NCBI GenBank assembly: GCA_963742735.1
Contig: CAVUMN010000004.1
Location: 544,001 to 608,000, forward strand
DNA length: 64,000 nucleotides
DNA from: an uncultured Actinomycetes bacterium
GTDB lineage: Bacteria > Actinomycetota > UBA4738 > JBBDTT01
Direction of reading: 5' to 3'
This document shows positions 8,953-17,819 of this stretch, piece after piece. The notes beneath the pieces were generated by a model that was not told the origin of the DNA, did not search any database, and saw nothing but the letters and a program-made list of their open reading frames with translations. Each line of letters opens with the position of its first letter. The stretch's first letter is position 1. The position numbers and the translations under genes are program-made.

Positions 8953-10347
8953 GACCTCGGGGAACCCGACCTCGACGCGCGTGCCGCCGCCGTCGCGCGC
9001 CCCCACCTCGACCGAGCCGCCCCACCGGTCGGCCAGGTCCCGCACGATCGCCAACCCGAGCCCCGAGCCGCCGGGCGCGACGCCGTGGCCCCGGTAGAAG
9101 CGCTCCAGCACCCGTCCGCGCTCCTCCTCGGGGATCCCCGGCCCCTCGTCCTCCACCGCGAGCGTGGCCCGCCCGTCCCTGCGGGTCACGTCGATCCGCA
9201 CCGCCCCGGGCGCGTACGCCAGCGCGTTGTCGATGAGGTTGTCCACGATCTGGTTCACGTCGGCGTCGGAGGCCGCGGCCATCGCTCCGTCCCCCCGCAC
9301 CTCCACCGAGCCACCCGCGCGCCGGGCGCGCTCCTCCCATCGCCCGGCGGCGGTCCGGGCGACGCGCCCGAGGTCGCTCGAGGCCGGCGCCCCGCCCGCC
9401 TCGATCCGGCGCGACATCATCAGCAGCCCCTCGACGATCCCCGCCAGCCGGTCGGCCTCCTGCTCGGCCGCCTTGATCTGGCGGCGGAGGTCCTCCGTCG
9501 GCGCGTCGTCGGCCGCGGCCTCCAGCCGCAGCTTCAGCCCGGTCAGCGGCGTCCGCAGCTGGTGCGACGCGTTGGCCACGAACTCCCGCTGTGCGGTCAC
9601 ACTCCGCTCCAGCCGGTCCGCCATCGCGTCGAAGGTCCGAGCCACCTCGCCGATCTCGCCGGTGCTCGTCACCCCGGACCGCGCCCCCAGCTCGCCCTCG
9701 CCGAGGCGGGTCGCCGCGCCGGTCAGCCGGGTCAGCGGCCGCGAGAGCGTTCGGGCCAGGATCCACGCGATGACCAGCCCCGCGATGAGCCCGGCGATAC
9801 CGATCGCCGCGGTCCCGGCCACGATCCGGCGCACCTCGCGGTTCACCCCCTCCAGGCTCACCGACACCCGCACGATCCCGTCCACGCGCTCCCGCCCGTG
9901 CACCGCCGCGGCGGCGGTCAGGATGTCCTGCCCGAGGTCGTCGCTGAACCGCTGGTCGATCTCGAACGGGGCGGGGTCGTTCTCCCGGAGCAGCGCCGAG
10001 ATCTCCGGCCGGCCGGCGTAGGACTCGCCGACCTGGCTCGGCACGCCCGAGTCGGCGAGCACCACGCCGCGGTCGTCGGTGATCAGCAGTCGCGCGCCCT
10101 GCAGGTCGGGCTCCTGTTCGTCCACGAACGCCTGCATGTCGGCGCGCAGCTCCTCGTCGTCGGACCGGTCCAGGTCCCCGCTCAGCTCCAGGGCGTCGGC
10201 GATGGCCTGGGCCTGGGTCAGGACCCGGTTCTCCTCCTCGCGCAGGGCGCGGCGGTTGAGCGTGATCGCGAAGGGGATCTCCAGCGCGACGATCACGACC
10301 AGCAGGATGTAGGCGAAGGCCAGGAGCAGGCGGGTCCGGACCCGCAC
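8947..10347 (-). CDS. Sensor histidine kinase (2 TM, HAMP, HisKA, HATPase)
   Basis: H-box NASHQLRTPLT, N-box NLIDNALAY, DEGPGI, GSGLGLAIV; GTG directly after the response regulator stop. Confidence 0.95.
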   Translation of the reverse strand: MRVRTRLLLAFAYILLVVIVALEIPFAITLNRRALREEENRVLTQAQAIADALELSGDLDRSDDEELRADMQAFVDEQEPDLQGARLLITDDRGVVLADSGVPSQVGESYAGRPEISALLRENDPAPFEIDQRFSDDLGQDILTAAAAVHGRERVDGIVRVSVSLEGVNREVRRIVAGTAAIGIAGLIAGLVIAWILARTLSRPLTRLTGAATRLGEGELGARSGVTSTGEIGEVARTFDAMADRLERSVTAQREFVANASHQLRTPLTGLKLRLEAAADDAPTEDLRRQIKAAEQEADRLAGIVEGLLMMSRRIEAGGAPASSDLGRVARTAAGRWEERARRAGGSVEVRGDGAMAAASDADVNQIVDNLIDNALAYAPGAVRIDVTRRDGRATLAVEDEGPGIPEEERGRVLERFYRGHGVAPGGSGLGLAIVRDLADRWGGSVEVGARDGGGTRVEVGFPEVS

Positions 10348-10348
10348 C

Positions 10349-11053
10349 TCAGTCTCCCGACAGTTCCTCGGGAGGGGCGAAGCGGAACCCGACCCCGCGC
10401 ACCGTGTTGATGTAGCGGGGGTTGGCCGGGTCGTCCTCGAGCTTCTTGCGCAGCCAGGAGATGTGGACGTCGAGGGTCTTCGTCGAGCCGAACCAGTGCG
10501 GGTCCCACACCTCGTCCATGATGTCCTCGCGCCGCTGCACGGTCCCCGCCCCGCGCATGAGCATGTGCAGCAGGTCGAACTCACGGGCGGCGAGCTCCAC
10601 CGGCTCCCCGCCGCGGGCGGCGGTGCGCGACGCGGGATCCAGGGCCACGTCCCCGATCGTGATCGGCTCGACCCGCGCGCTCACCGGCCGGCCCCGGCGC
10701 AGGACCGCCCGGATCCGCGCGGCGAGCTCCTTCGCCGAGTACGGCTTCACCACGTAGTCGTCGGCGCCGAGCTCCAGGCCGAGGACCCGATCGAGCTCCT
10801 CGCCACGCGCGGTGACCATGATGATCGGCACGTCCGAGCCGGAACGCATCTCCTTCGCCAGGTCCCGTCCGTCGCCGTCGGGAAGCATCACGTCCATCAG
10901 CACGCAGTCGAAGCGATCGCGCCCGAACGCCTCCCGAGCCTCACCGGCCGTCGCCGCGAGGTGCGGCACGAAGCCCTCGCGGGTCAGGCTCTCCGCGAGC
11001 GGCTCGGAGATCGCGGGCTCGTCCTCGACGACCAGGATGCGCGGCTTCGACAT
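10349..11053 (-). CDS. OmpR/PhoB-family response regulator
   Basis: ILVVEDE, LMDVMLPDGDG, GADDYVVKP, wHTH KTLDVHISWLRKKLE...TVRGVGFRF. Confidence 0.96.
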   Translation of the reverse strand: MSKPRILVVEDEPAISEPLAESLTREGFVPHLAATAGEAREAFGRDRFDCVLMDVMLPDGDGRDLAKEMRSGSDVPIIMVTARGEELDRVLGLELGADDYVVKPYSAKELAARIRAVLRRGRPVSARVEPITIGDVALDPASRTAARGGEPVELAAREFDLLHMLMRGAGTVQRREDIMDEVWDPHWFGSTKTLDVHISWLRKKLEDDPANPRYINTVRGVGFRFAPPEELSGD

Positions 11054-11060
11054 GTGTCCG

Positions 11061-11095
11061 AGCGTAGCAATCCCCACTTCAAGGCCCGGTTAAGA
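11061..11095 (-). promoter_or_regulatory. Leaderless promoter (-10 TACGCT) with a TCTTA-N6-CCTTG box; probable autoregulation
   Basis: -10 at 11061-11066, ATG 7 nt downstream; + strand half-sites CAAGG (11080) and TAAGA (11091). Confidence 0.6.
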
Positions 11096-11117
11096 GTGAA
11101 GCCTCCCCGGGCGGAGC

Positions 11118-11489
11118 TCAGGGCGCGGACGTCTTACCCTCATCCTCGGCCACGGCCGTGGCGTCCTCGAGGGACTGGAAGACCTCGGCCATTCGCTCGA
11201 CGCCGGAGAGCTGCAGGGTCCTCGAGGCCTGGGAGCCCTCGGGAAGCACCAGGCGCAGGGACTGGCCGTGCTCGCGGAGCATGGACGAGAGCTCGAACAG
11301 CACGCGGACCCCGGAGCTGTCGATGAACTCGAGCGGGGTGAGGTCAAGGACGAGGGTGGTGAGCGCGTTCCGGGCATGGACGAGCAGGTCCTCCCGAAGC
11401 TGCGGGGCCGTGGCCAGATCGACCTCGCCGTCCACGGCCAGGATGACCATGTCGCCCTCGGGCTCACCCACGCGGGTCACCTGGGTCAT
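11118..11489 (-). CDS. STAS-domain anti-sigma factor antagonist (RsbV-like)
   Basis: VDGEVDLATAPQL and LDLTPLEFIDSSG (phosphorylatable Ser); ATGA overlap with the upstream gene. Confidence 0.93.
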   Translation of the reverse strand: MTQVTRVGEPEGDMVILAVDGEVDLATAPQLREDLLVHARNALTTLVLDLTPLEFIDSSGVRVLFELSSMLREHGQSLRLVLPEGSQASRTLQLSGVERMAEVFQSLEDATAVAEDEGKTSAP

Positions 11490-13144
11490 TCGGCGCTCAG
11501 CCTCCGATCCATCCGGACGGTCGTCCCACCCGCTGCATGTTCGACCTCCACCGTGTCCATGATCGCTCGCATGAGGGGGATCCCGCGACCCCGGTCTCCG
11601 GATCGCGGCGGGCGCCAGGCGCCGGTGTCGCGGACGATGATGTCCAACCGATCAGCATCGTACACCGCCTCGAGGGTCACCCAACCCTGGTTCGCGCCGT
11701 AGGCGTGCTCGATCGAGTTCGCCACCGCCTCGCCCACCGCGGTCAGCACGTCCTGGGCGACCTCGGGGGGCAGCCGGTTCTCGTTCATCCACCGCCGGAG
11801 CGCGCGACGGCCGACCGCCAGCTCGCGGGCCCGGGCGCGCACCGACAGCTCCAGGCGGGGCTGGCCCGCCAGCTCGCGACCGAGCATCAGGATCGCCACG
11901 TCGTCCGACTCACGCTCCTCGAGGAGCATCGCGCCCAGCAGCTCGTCGGCCGCCTCGCCCACGTCCAGCGGGTCCTTGACCAAGCCGGCGGCCAGCCGGA
12001 GGCGCTCCAGACCCACGGTCAGCGACTCCCCCCGGCGCTCGATGAGTCCGTCGGTGTACAGCATCAGCGTCGTGCCCGGCTCCAGGGGAACCACGTGCTC
12101 CCGGAAGGCCGTGTGGAGGTCCGAGCCCAGGGGCGGGTCGTGGCCGCCCTCGGTCTCCACGAGGTCGGCGTGTCCGTTCGCGATACGGATCGGCGGGACG
12201 TGGCCGGCAACGACCATGCGCATCGAGGACAGGTCCGGGTCGATCGTGGCGTAGATCAGCGTGGCCAGCTCCCCGGGATCGAAGTGCGCGACCAGCCGAT
12301 CCAGCCGGCCCACCACCGCCCCCGGAGAGGGATCGAGCACCGCGTACGCGCGCAGCGCCGTTCGGATCCGGCCCATCATGGTCGCGGCGCGCAGACCGCG
12401 ACCGGCCACGTCACCGATCGCGACCGCCAGCGCCCCTCGCGCAAGCCCGAAGGCGTCGTACCAGTCCCCGCCCACGTGGATGTCGCCGACCCCGGGGAGG
12501 TAGCGGGTCGACAACCGGAGGCCCGGGATCACCGGGATCGAGTCAGGGAGGAGGCTTCGCTGCAGCGTGTCCGCCACGAACCGCTCCCGCTCGTACAGGC
12601 GGACGTGTAGCGCAAGCGCGACACGATCGGCCACGAGCTGGAGCAGCCTGATGTCCGCCGGCGAGAACGCGCGCCGGACCAGCGTCCCCACGTGCAGGAC
12701 GCCGACCAGGCTTCCCTGCACGATCAGCGGTACGCCCAGCATCGACTGGACGCCCTTCTCCCGAAGGATCGGGTTGAGGACGTTCGTGTGGTCGACCTGC
12801 TCGATGACGACCGGACGGAGCTCCGCGGCGATCTTGCCGGCGAATCCCTTCCCCAGCGGGATGCGGACGCCCTGCTCGACCTCCTCCTCAAGCCCCTTGG
12901 CGGCCCGGGCCACGAGCTCGTTCGCCTCGGCGTCGAGCAGGAGCACGGCCGCGGTATCGGCCTCGAGCACCTCACGGACCCGCTCCAGGAGCTCGTCCAT
13001 CAGATGCTCGAAGGACAGGTGTCCCAGGGTGGCGTCGGTGACCCGCTGGAGCCGCCGGAGCTGCTCGATCGGGTCGTCGTCGAGCGTCGGAGCCGACGCG
13101 AGGCCCTGGAGCGGGTCGGCGGGCAGTCTCCTGCTGGCAGTCAA
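11486..13144 (-). CDS. GAF + SpoIIE (PP2C) phosphatase + RsbW-like HATPase fusion
   Basis: GAF (GKGFAGKIA, SMLGVPL), LQRSLLP, VGGDWYD, IGDVAGRG, LYTDGLIER, DDVAIL, EAVANSIEHAY, GRGIPLM; TTG start 7 nt after TACGCT. Confidence 0.92.
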   Translation of the reverse strand: MTASRRLPADPLQGLASAPTLDDDPIEQLRRLQRVTDATLGHLSFEHLMDELLERVREVLEADTAAVLLLDAEANELVARAAKGLEEEVEQGVRIPLGKGFAGKIAAELRPVVIEQVDHTNVLNPILREKGVQSMLGVPLIVQGSLVGVLHVGTLVRRAFSPADIRLLQLVADRVALALHVRLYERERFVADTLQRSLLPDSIPVIPGLRLSTRYLPGVGDIHVGGDWYDAFGLARGALAVAIGDVAGRGLRAATMMGRIRTALRAYAVLDPSPGAVVGRLDRLVAHFDPGELATLIYATIDPDLSSMRMVVAGHVPPIRIANGHADLVETEGGHDPPLGSDLHTAFREHVVPLEPGTTLMLYTDGLIERRGESLTVGLERLRLAAGLVKDPLDVGEAADELLGAMLLEERESDDVAILMLGRELAGQPRLELSVRARARELAVGRRALRRWMNENRLPPEVAQDVLTAVGEAVANSIEHAYGANQGWVTLEAVYDADRLDIIVRDTGAWRPPRSGDRGRGIPLMRAIMDTVEVEHAAGGTTVRMDRRLSAE

Positions 13145-13161
13145 GGAGGCCAGCGTATGCC

Positions 13162-13713
13162 CTACGGGTTGCGCGCGAACAGGTTGAACCGCCAGATGCC
13201 GAACTGGTCGCCGCCGCACCCTTCGATGTCCGGCCACACCAAGAACAGTTGCAGGTAGGCCTGGCCTCGCTTCGGCGGGGTGAACGACAGGTCCAGGGCC
13301 ACGATCTCGCCGCCGACCACCCTCGGGGTGACGGTCACGGGGTGCGTCCTCGTCTCCCCGGCCGGCCCTCCGTTGCGGGCGAGCTTCTGCCAGGAGTACA
13401 GCTCCACGTTCGACGGGCCGTGGGAGATGCCGGCGATCCGGATGGAGACCTTCGGCGTCGCGAACGGGACCACCAGCGGCCGGCCCGGCGGGTCGCCGAA
13501 CTGCCCGGTCCCGATGAAGTTCGCCTGGATGCAGGTCTCGGGGCTGTCGCGCCACACCCACTGGATCTCGACGAAGCCGGCGTCCTGGTGCTGGCCGGCG
13601 AAGTGCAGCACCGGCTCGGGCGGCTCGTGGTCGTGGGCGCTCGCCACCCCCGGCAGCGCCGCGACGGTCAGGGCCGCCACCATCAGGAACGCGATCCGAA
13701 CACGTGCTCGCAT
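13162..13713 (-). CDS. Secreted hypothetical protein
   Basis: GGAGG RBS; signal peptide MRARVRIAFLMVAALTVAALPGVASA. Confidence 0.75.
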   Translation of the reverse strand: MRARVRIAFLMVAALTVAALPGVASAHDHEPPEPVLHFAGQHQDAGFVEIQWVWRDSPETCIQANFIGTGQFGDPPGRPLVVPFATPKVSIRIAGISHGPSNVELYSWQKLARNGGPAGETRTHPVTVTPRVVGGEIVALDLSFTPPKRGQAYLQLFLVWPDIEGCGGDQFGIWRFNLFARNP

Positions 13714-13801
13714 GGGGCCACCTCCTCGAGGGTCGGACGATACGGGATGGCCGGAGGTTCCGGGTTGTGAGGAACAGGCCGGGAGACAAGACTGGTGAGC
13801 C

Positions 13802-14659
13802 ATGGCCGCGTCGAATCCGATGGAGCTCGCGAACCGCCTCCGCAAGGGGCTGCGCCTGCGCGCCACCGTCGCGGACCACGAGGCGTACGACCCCGAGTTC
13901 ATCCGGGAGAACCTCCCGGCCATGTGGCTGCTGGCCACGCTGTACTTCCGGGCCGAGGTCCGCGGGTTCGAGCACGTCCCCGACGCGCCGACGCTGCAGG
14001 TCGGCAACCACAGCGGCGGCATCGTCATCCCCGACACATGGATCCACGGCCTGGGCTGGTACGCGTACTTCGGCGTCGAGCGCCCGCTGCGCCCGCTCGT
14101 CCATTCGGCGGCGATCAGCGTGCCGCTGGCGGGCGAGGTCCTGCGCAAGACCGGGTGCATGCCGGCCTCGCCGGCCAACGCGCGGGAGGCCATCCGGCGC
14201 GGCGAGGACGTCCTGGTCTACCCGGGCGGAGACGTCGAGACGTGGCGCCCGTGGTCCAAGCGCAACCAGATCGACTTCGACGGCCGCACCGGATTCCTCC
14301 GGCTGGCCGCCGAGGAGGGCGTGCCGATCGTGCCGGTGGTCTCCATCGGCGCCCACGAGACGTTCCGCGTGCTGACGGACGGCAAGGACATCGCCAAGCG
14401 GTTGGGGATCGACAAGCTCCTGCGGATCAAGGTGTTCCCCCTCACGCTGGGACTGCCGTTCGGGATCAACCCCGGCCCGATGATCCCGCACTTCCCGCTG
14501 CCCTCGAAGATCGTCATCCAGTGCCTGCCGGCCATCGACGTCACCAAGAAGGACGTCACCGACGCGAACGTGAAGAAAACCTACGACCACGTCGTCGACG
14601 TGTTCCAGACGGGCCTCGACAAGCTGGCCGCCGAGCGCAAGCGGCCGGTCCTCGGATAG
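13802..14659 (+). CDS. Lysophospholipid/glycerol acyltransferase family (PlsC-like)
   Basis: VGNHSGG...PD, LVYPGGDVE, GFLRLAAEEGVPIVPV. Confidence 0.92.
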   Translation: MAASNPMELANRLRKGLRLRATVADHEAYDPEFIRENLPAMWLLATLYFRAEVRGFEHVPDAPTLQVGNHSGGIVIPDTWIHGLGWYAYFGVERPLRPLVHSAAISVPLAGEVLRKTGCMPASPANAREAIRRGEDVLVYPGGDVETWRPWSKRNQIDFDGRTGFLRLAAEEGVPIVPVVSIGAHETFRVLTDGKDIAKRLGIDKLLRIKVFPLTLGLPFGINPGPMIPHFPLPSKIVIQCLPAIDVTKKDVTDANVKKTYDHVVDVFQTGLDKLAAERKRPVLG

Positions 14660-15259
14660 ATGCGGGTCCAGCGCACCGTCGAGGTGCTCGCGCCGCCCGA
14701 GAAGGTCTTCGAGATCCTGGCCGACCTCCGGGCTCGCGCGAAGTTCATGGCGGACCTCGAGACGTGGGAGCACATCGCCGGGCCGACCGAGGGCGAGGGC
14801 GGCCAGTATCGACTGCGCCAGCGCATCGGCCCGGTGGCGATGATCAGCTACGTCCAGGTCGTGGACTGGAAGCCGCCCGAACGGTTCGCGTGGACCTCGC
14901 TGAAGGGACTACGAACGTGGGGCCGGTTCACCGTGAAGCCCATCGAGAACGGCAGCCGGGTGACCCTGCGACTCGGCTACGCGAGCGGCGAGAACCTGCT
15001 GAGCTTCGTCGTCGACCGGGTGGCATCGCCGTTGGTGCGCAGGCAGGTGGACACCACGCTGCGGATCCTGGCCGACCGAGTGGTCGAGCACCTGTCGCGC
15101 AAGGTCAAACGCGTCGCGCTGCAGGCCGCCGAGGAGGAAGCCGACATCCCTCCGGTGGCGCGCCTGACCAGCCGCCCCGCCCCCGCCACGCGCGCTCCCC
15201 GGAGGCCCAAAGGCCTCGACCGCGAGAACCGCAAGCCCGTGAAGCGTCCCGCCACCTAG
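14660..15259 (+). CDS. SRPBCC (START-like) family protein
   Basis: VQRTVEVLAPPEKVFEILAD N-terminus typical of SRPBCC; abuts the acyltransferase stop. Confidence 0.8.
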   Translation: MRVQRTVEVLAPPEKVFEILADLRARAKFMADLETWEHIAGPTEGEGGQYRLRQRIGPVAMISYVQVVDWKPPERFAWTSLKGLRTWGRFTVKPIENGSRVTLRLGYASGENLLSFVVDRVASPLVRRQVDTTLRILADRVVEHLSRKVKRVALQAAEEEADIPPVARLTSRPAPATRAPRRPKGLDRENRKPVKRPAT

Positions 15260-15278
15260 TCAGCGCAACGGGCTTCCA

Positions 15279-15686
15279 CTAGGCGGCAGGGTCCAGGATC
15301 GCGAGCTTCTTGAAGTACGAGCGGTAGAAGCCGCGGTCCCGGGTGAGCAATCGCTCGGCCTGCACCTGTGCGTGTGCCCCGACGAGGAAGTCGCCGACGA
15401 GACGCGTCCGCTTGCCACCGGCCTTCCGGTATTCCCGCCAGGCCGTTGCGGCGATCTGAGCCGTCGGCTCGACGATCACCGAGAACCCGATCTCGCTGAC
15501 CTCGAACGCCTCGCGCGCGGCCTCCTTCGACTCGAAGAAGGCGCTGACCTCCGCCCAGACGACGTCACAGGCCGACAGGACGCCTTCATCCAGGCACCTG
15601 GCGAGCGCCGCCTTCGAGCCGGGCCCGAACTCGGGGTCAGCTCGATAGACGTCGAGCAGCACGCTCGAGTCGACCGCCGTGATCAT
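15279..15686 (-). CDS. vapC: PIN-domain VapC toxin
   Basis: TAVDSSVLLD, VWAEV, VGDFLVGAHA, LLTRDRGFYR; ATGA overlap with the antitoxin. Confidence 0.93.
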   Translation of the reverse strand: MITAVDSSVLLDVYRADPEFGPGSKAALARCLDEGVLSACDVVWAEVSAFFESKEAAREAFEVSEIGFSVIVEPTAQIAATAWREYRKAGGKRTRLVGDFLVGAHAQVQAERLLTRDRGFYRSYFKKLAILDPAA

Positions 15687-15922
15687 GGGAGGTCTGGCTC
15701 GCCCCGGATCTGGTTGATGAAGTCGTCGACACTCTTCGCCCAGGGCGGGAGCTTGGCGATGCCCCACACGGCGTCGAAGGGATTGTCGGACCGCACCTTC
15801 TTGGCCACGAGCTTCCCCCGTTCTTCGCGGAACTCCAAAACCTGGCCCTTCTCGAGCCCGAGGGAATCACGCAGCTTCTTGGGGATCGTGATCTGCCCCT
15901 TCTCCGACAGGATGGCCGTCAT
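15683..15922 (-). CDS. vapB: AbrB/MazE/SpoVT-family antitoxin (VapB)
   Basis: ILSEKGQITIPKKLRDSLGLEKGQVLEF swapped-hairpin motif, upstream of the PIN gene. Confidence 0.92.
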   Translation of the reverse strand: MTAILSEKGQITIPKKLRDSLGLEKGQVLEFREERGKLVAKKVRSDNPFDAVWGIAKLPPWAKSVDDFINQIRGEPDLP

Positions 15923-15958
15923 ACCTTCAGGGTCCGAATTCATACCGTAAGGGTATGA
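15919..15958. promoter_or_regulatory. Tandem palindromic operators of the vapBC operon
   Basis: Perfect TCATACC-N5-GGTATGA at 15940-15958 and imperfect TCATACC-N5-GGTCCGA at 15919-15937, 21 bp apart. Confidence 0.75.
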
Positions 15959-15964
15959 CACGAC

Positions 15965-17005
15965 CTAGCGAAGCACAACGGGATCGCCGTGGGGGCCGGT
16001 CTCGGCGAGCTCCCGGGTCTCGCCGCCCGGCCAGGTCGTTAGCCGCACCAGGTGGCGCCTGGCCACCTCGATGGGCTCGGTCGAGAGCCAGGCCACCGGC
16101 GCGTGGGCCGAGGCTCGGTCGCCGGCCCCGCGGGTGGCGGCCTTCACTCGCTGCTTGTCGTCGTCGCCCAGGTACTGCCAGACGACCGAGTGGAAGACGA
16201 CAGTCGCCACGCCCCCACGAGGCTCCGCCAGCTGGCGCTCCAGCCATTCGCCGGCCGTCGCCCGCTCGACCTCGGCCGGCACCTCCGCCGCGATCCGGAT
16301 CGCGCCGTCGAGCAACGTGAACCGCTCGGCCTGGTCGGCCCACACCGACGACCGCAGGCCGAGCGCCGCCTCGGGGTCGGTCGGATCGAGGGGGTTCGGA
16401 TCGCAGCCCCGGCGTTCGGCGACGGTCGCCTCGGTGGCGAACACCTCGGGTGGGCGGCTCCATCGGCCCCTCAGCCGGACGAGCGAGTCCTCGGGCCCCC
16501 ACGCCGCGCGCTCCTGCTCGTACCGGTACCGGTCCCATCGAAGGTTGAGCCCCGCGGACGATCCGATCTCGAGGATCCGCAGTGGCAGTCCCGTATGCCG
16601 CGCCAGCTCCAGGAACCCGAGCACCAGCCCGGCCGATCGCCCGACCTCGTTCGTCTGGCAGGGGAGGGCGACCAGCGCGGGAAGCTCCTCCAGGTGCGCC
16701 TGGAGGGTCTTCCGCAGCGCCCCGGCGATCCGCTCCGGCGGCTCCGCCCCGCCTACCGATGGGTAGAACGGCGCCATCGCCGGCGCCCGGCCGGTCAGCA
16801 CCAGCCGGTGCAGCGCGGCGTTGAGCCGCAGGGCCATGGCCGAGTTCAGGTCCGACTCGAGCTCCTCGCGGAGGACCTCACGCGTCGGGCCACCCGCCTC
16901 CAGGTCCCGGGCGGCGGCCTCCAGGATCGCCGACGACAGGGGCGAGTAGCTGCCCGTGATCTCGGCCGTGAGGCGGAGGACTCCGGCCGCCGATTCGACG
17001 GTCAC
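15965..17005 (-). CDS. DUF2332 family protein
   Basis: QTNEVGRS, LEIGSSAGLNL, RRGCDPNPLD, VFHSVVWQY, GPHG; GTGA overlap with the upstream gene. Confidence 0.88.
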   Translation of the reverse strand: MTVESAAGVLRLTAEITGSYSPLSSAILEAAARDLEAGGPTREVLREELESDLNSAMALRLNAALHRLVLTGRAPAMAPFYPSVGGAEPPERIAGALRKTLQAHLEELPALVALPCQTNEVGRSAGLVLGFLELARHTGLPLRILEIGSSAGLNLRWDRYRYEQERAAWGPEDSLVRLRGRWSRPPEVFATEATVAERRGCDPNPLDPTDPEAALGLRSSVWADQAERFTLLDGAIRIAAEVPAEVERATAGEWLERQLAEPRGGVATVVFHSVVWQYLGDDDKQRVKAATRGAGDRASAHAPVAWLSTEPIEVARRHLVRLTTWPGGETRELAETGPHGDPVVLR

Positions 17006-17748
17006 GCCGGGGCGCCGGCCTCGGTCAGGCTGAAGGCGTCGCCCGCGCGATACGCGCGCTCCTCGTCGCCCGCCACGATCGTGATCGCGCCTCGGCCGAT
17101 CACCCGGAAGTGGTCGCCGTCGCCGACCATCGCGGTCTCCTCGTCGAGCAGAACGTGGAGGAAACCCGGGGTGAGGGCCTCCTTGACCAGCGTCTGGAGC
17201 CCGGGGATGTACTTGTCGAGCGCGTCCCAATGCGGTGCGAACTCCACGCCGGTGAAGTACGCCAGCCCGCCGCCGAAGACGTCGGGCCCGAAGTCCGGCC
17301 TCGCGGAGTCGGGGGCGTGCTCGCCCAGGAACGCCACGCCGGCGCTGCATCCGCCGAACGCGGTGCCCGCGCCGATCGCCTCCATGATGCCTCGCCACGC
17401 CGGCGTGTCCTGGAACGTCTCCACCAGGTACTTCGGATTCCCGCCCGAGAAGAACAGCAGCCCGGCGCCGGCGAAGAGCTCGGCCGTGTCCTCGCGCAGG
17501 GCGTCCTCGCGGGTCTTGATGATGACGACCTCGGGCTTCAGGCCCATGCGGGTGTAGTGGTCCATGCCCATGGTTGCCCAACGGTCGAAGACCGCGTCGC
17601 CCTCGGGAGCGCTCGCGGTGGGGAGGATCAGGACGCGGTCCGAGCCGGTGCGGGCGTGGTCGATCATCCAGCGGTCGACGTCCTCGGCCCACGGGAGGAA
17701 CTCTCCCGATCCCAACAGGCCGAACACCGGATGCTCGGACGTGCCCAC
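17002..17748 (-). CDS. Peptidase S51 family (cyanophycinase/peptidase E-like)
   Basis: LLGSGEF, ILPTASAPEG, FFSGGNP, GCSAG nucleophile, APHWD; GAGGAGGA RBS. Confidence 0.88.
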   Translation of the reverse strand: MGTSEHPVFGLLGSGEFLPWAEDVDRWMIDHARTGSDRVLILPTASAPEGDAVFDRWATMGMDHYTRMGLKPEVVIIKTREDALREDTAELFAGAGLLFFSGGNPKYLVETFQDTPAWRGIMEAIGAGTAFGGCSAGVAFLGEHAPDSARPDFGPDVFGGGLAYFTGVEFAPHWDALDKYIPGLQTLVKEALTPGFLHVLLDEETAMVGDGDHFRVIGRGAITIVAGDEERAYRAGDAFSLTEAGAPA

Positions 17749-17819
17749 GATCCTCCTCTCAGCGTGGCGGGCAGTATGCCAGGTGGACTGTGCCCGCACG
17801 GGGCGGAGACAATGTCCGC

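Noticed and set aside
13145-14773. N-terminal extension of the 1095-aa SpoIIE ORF
   Set aside because: It overlaps three real genes; a -10 box and TTG at 13144 define the start.
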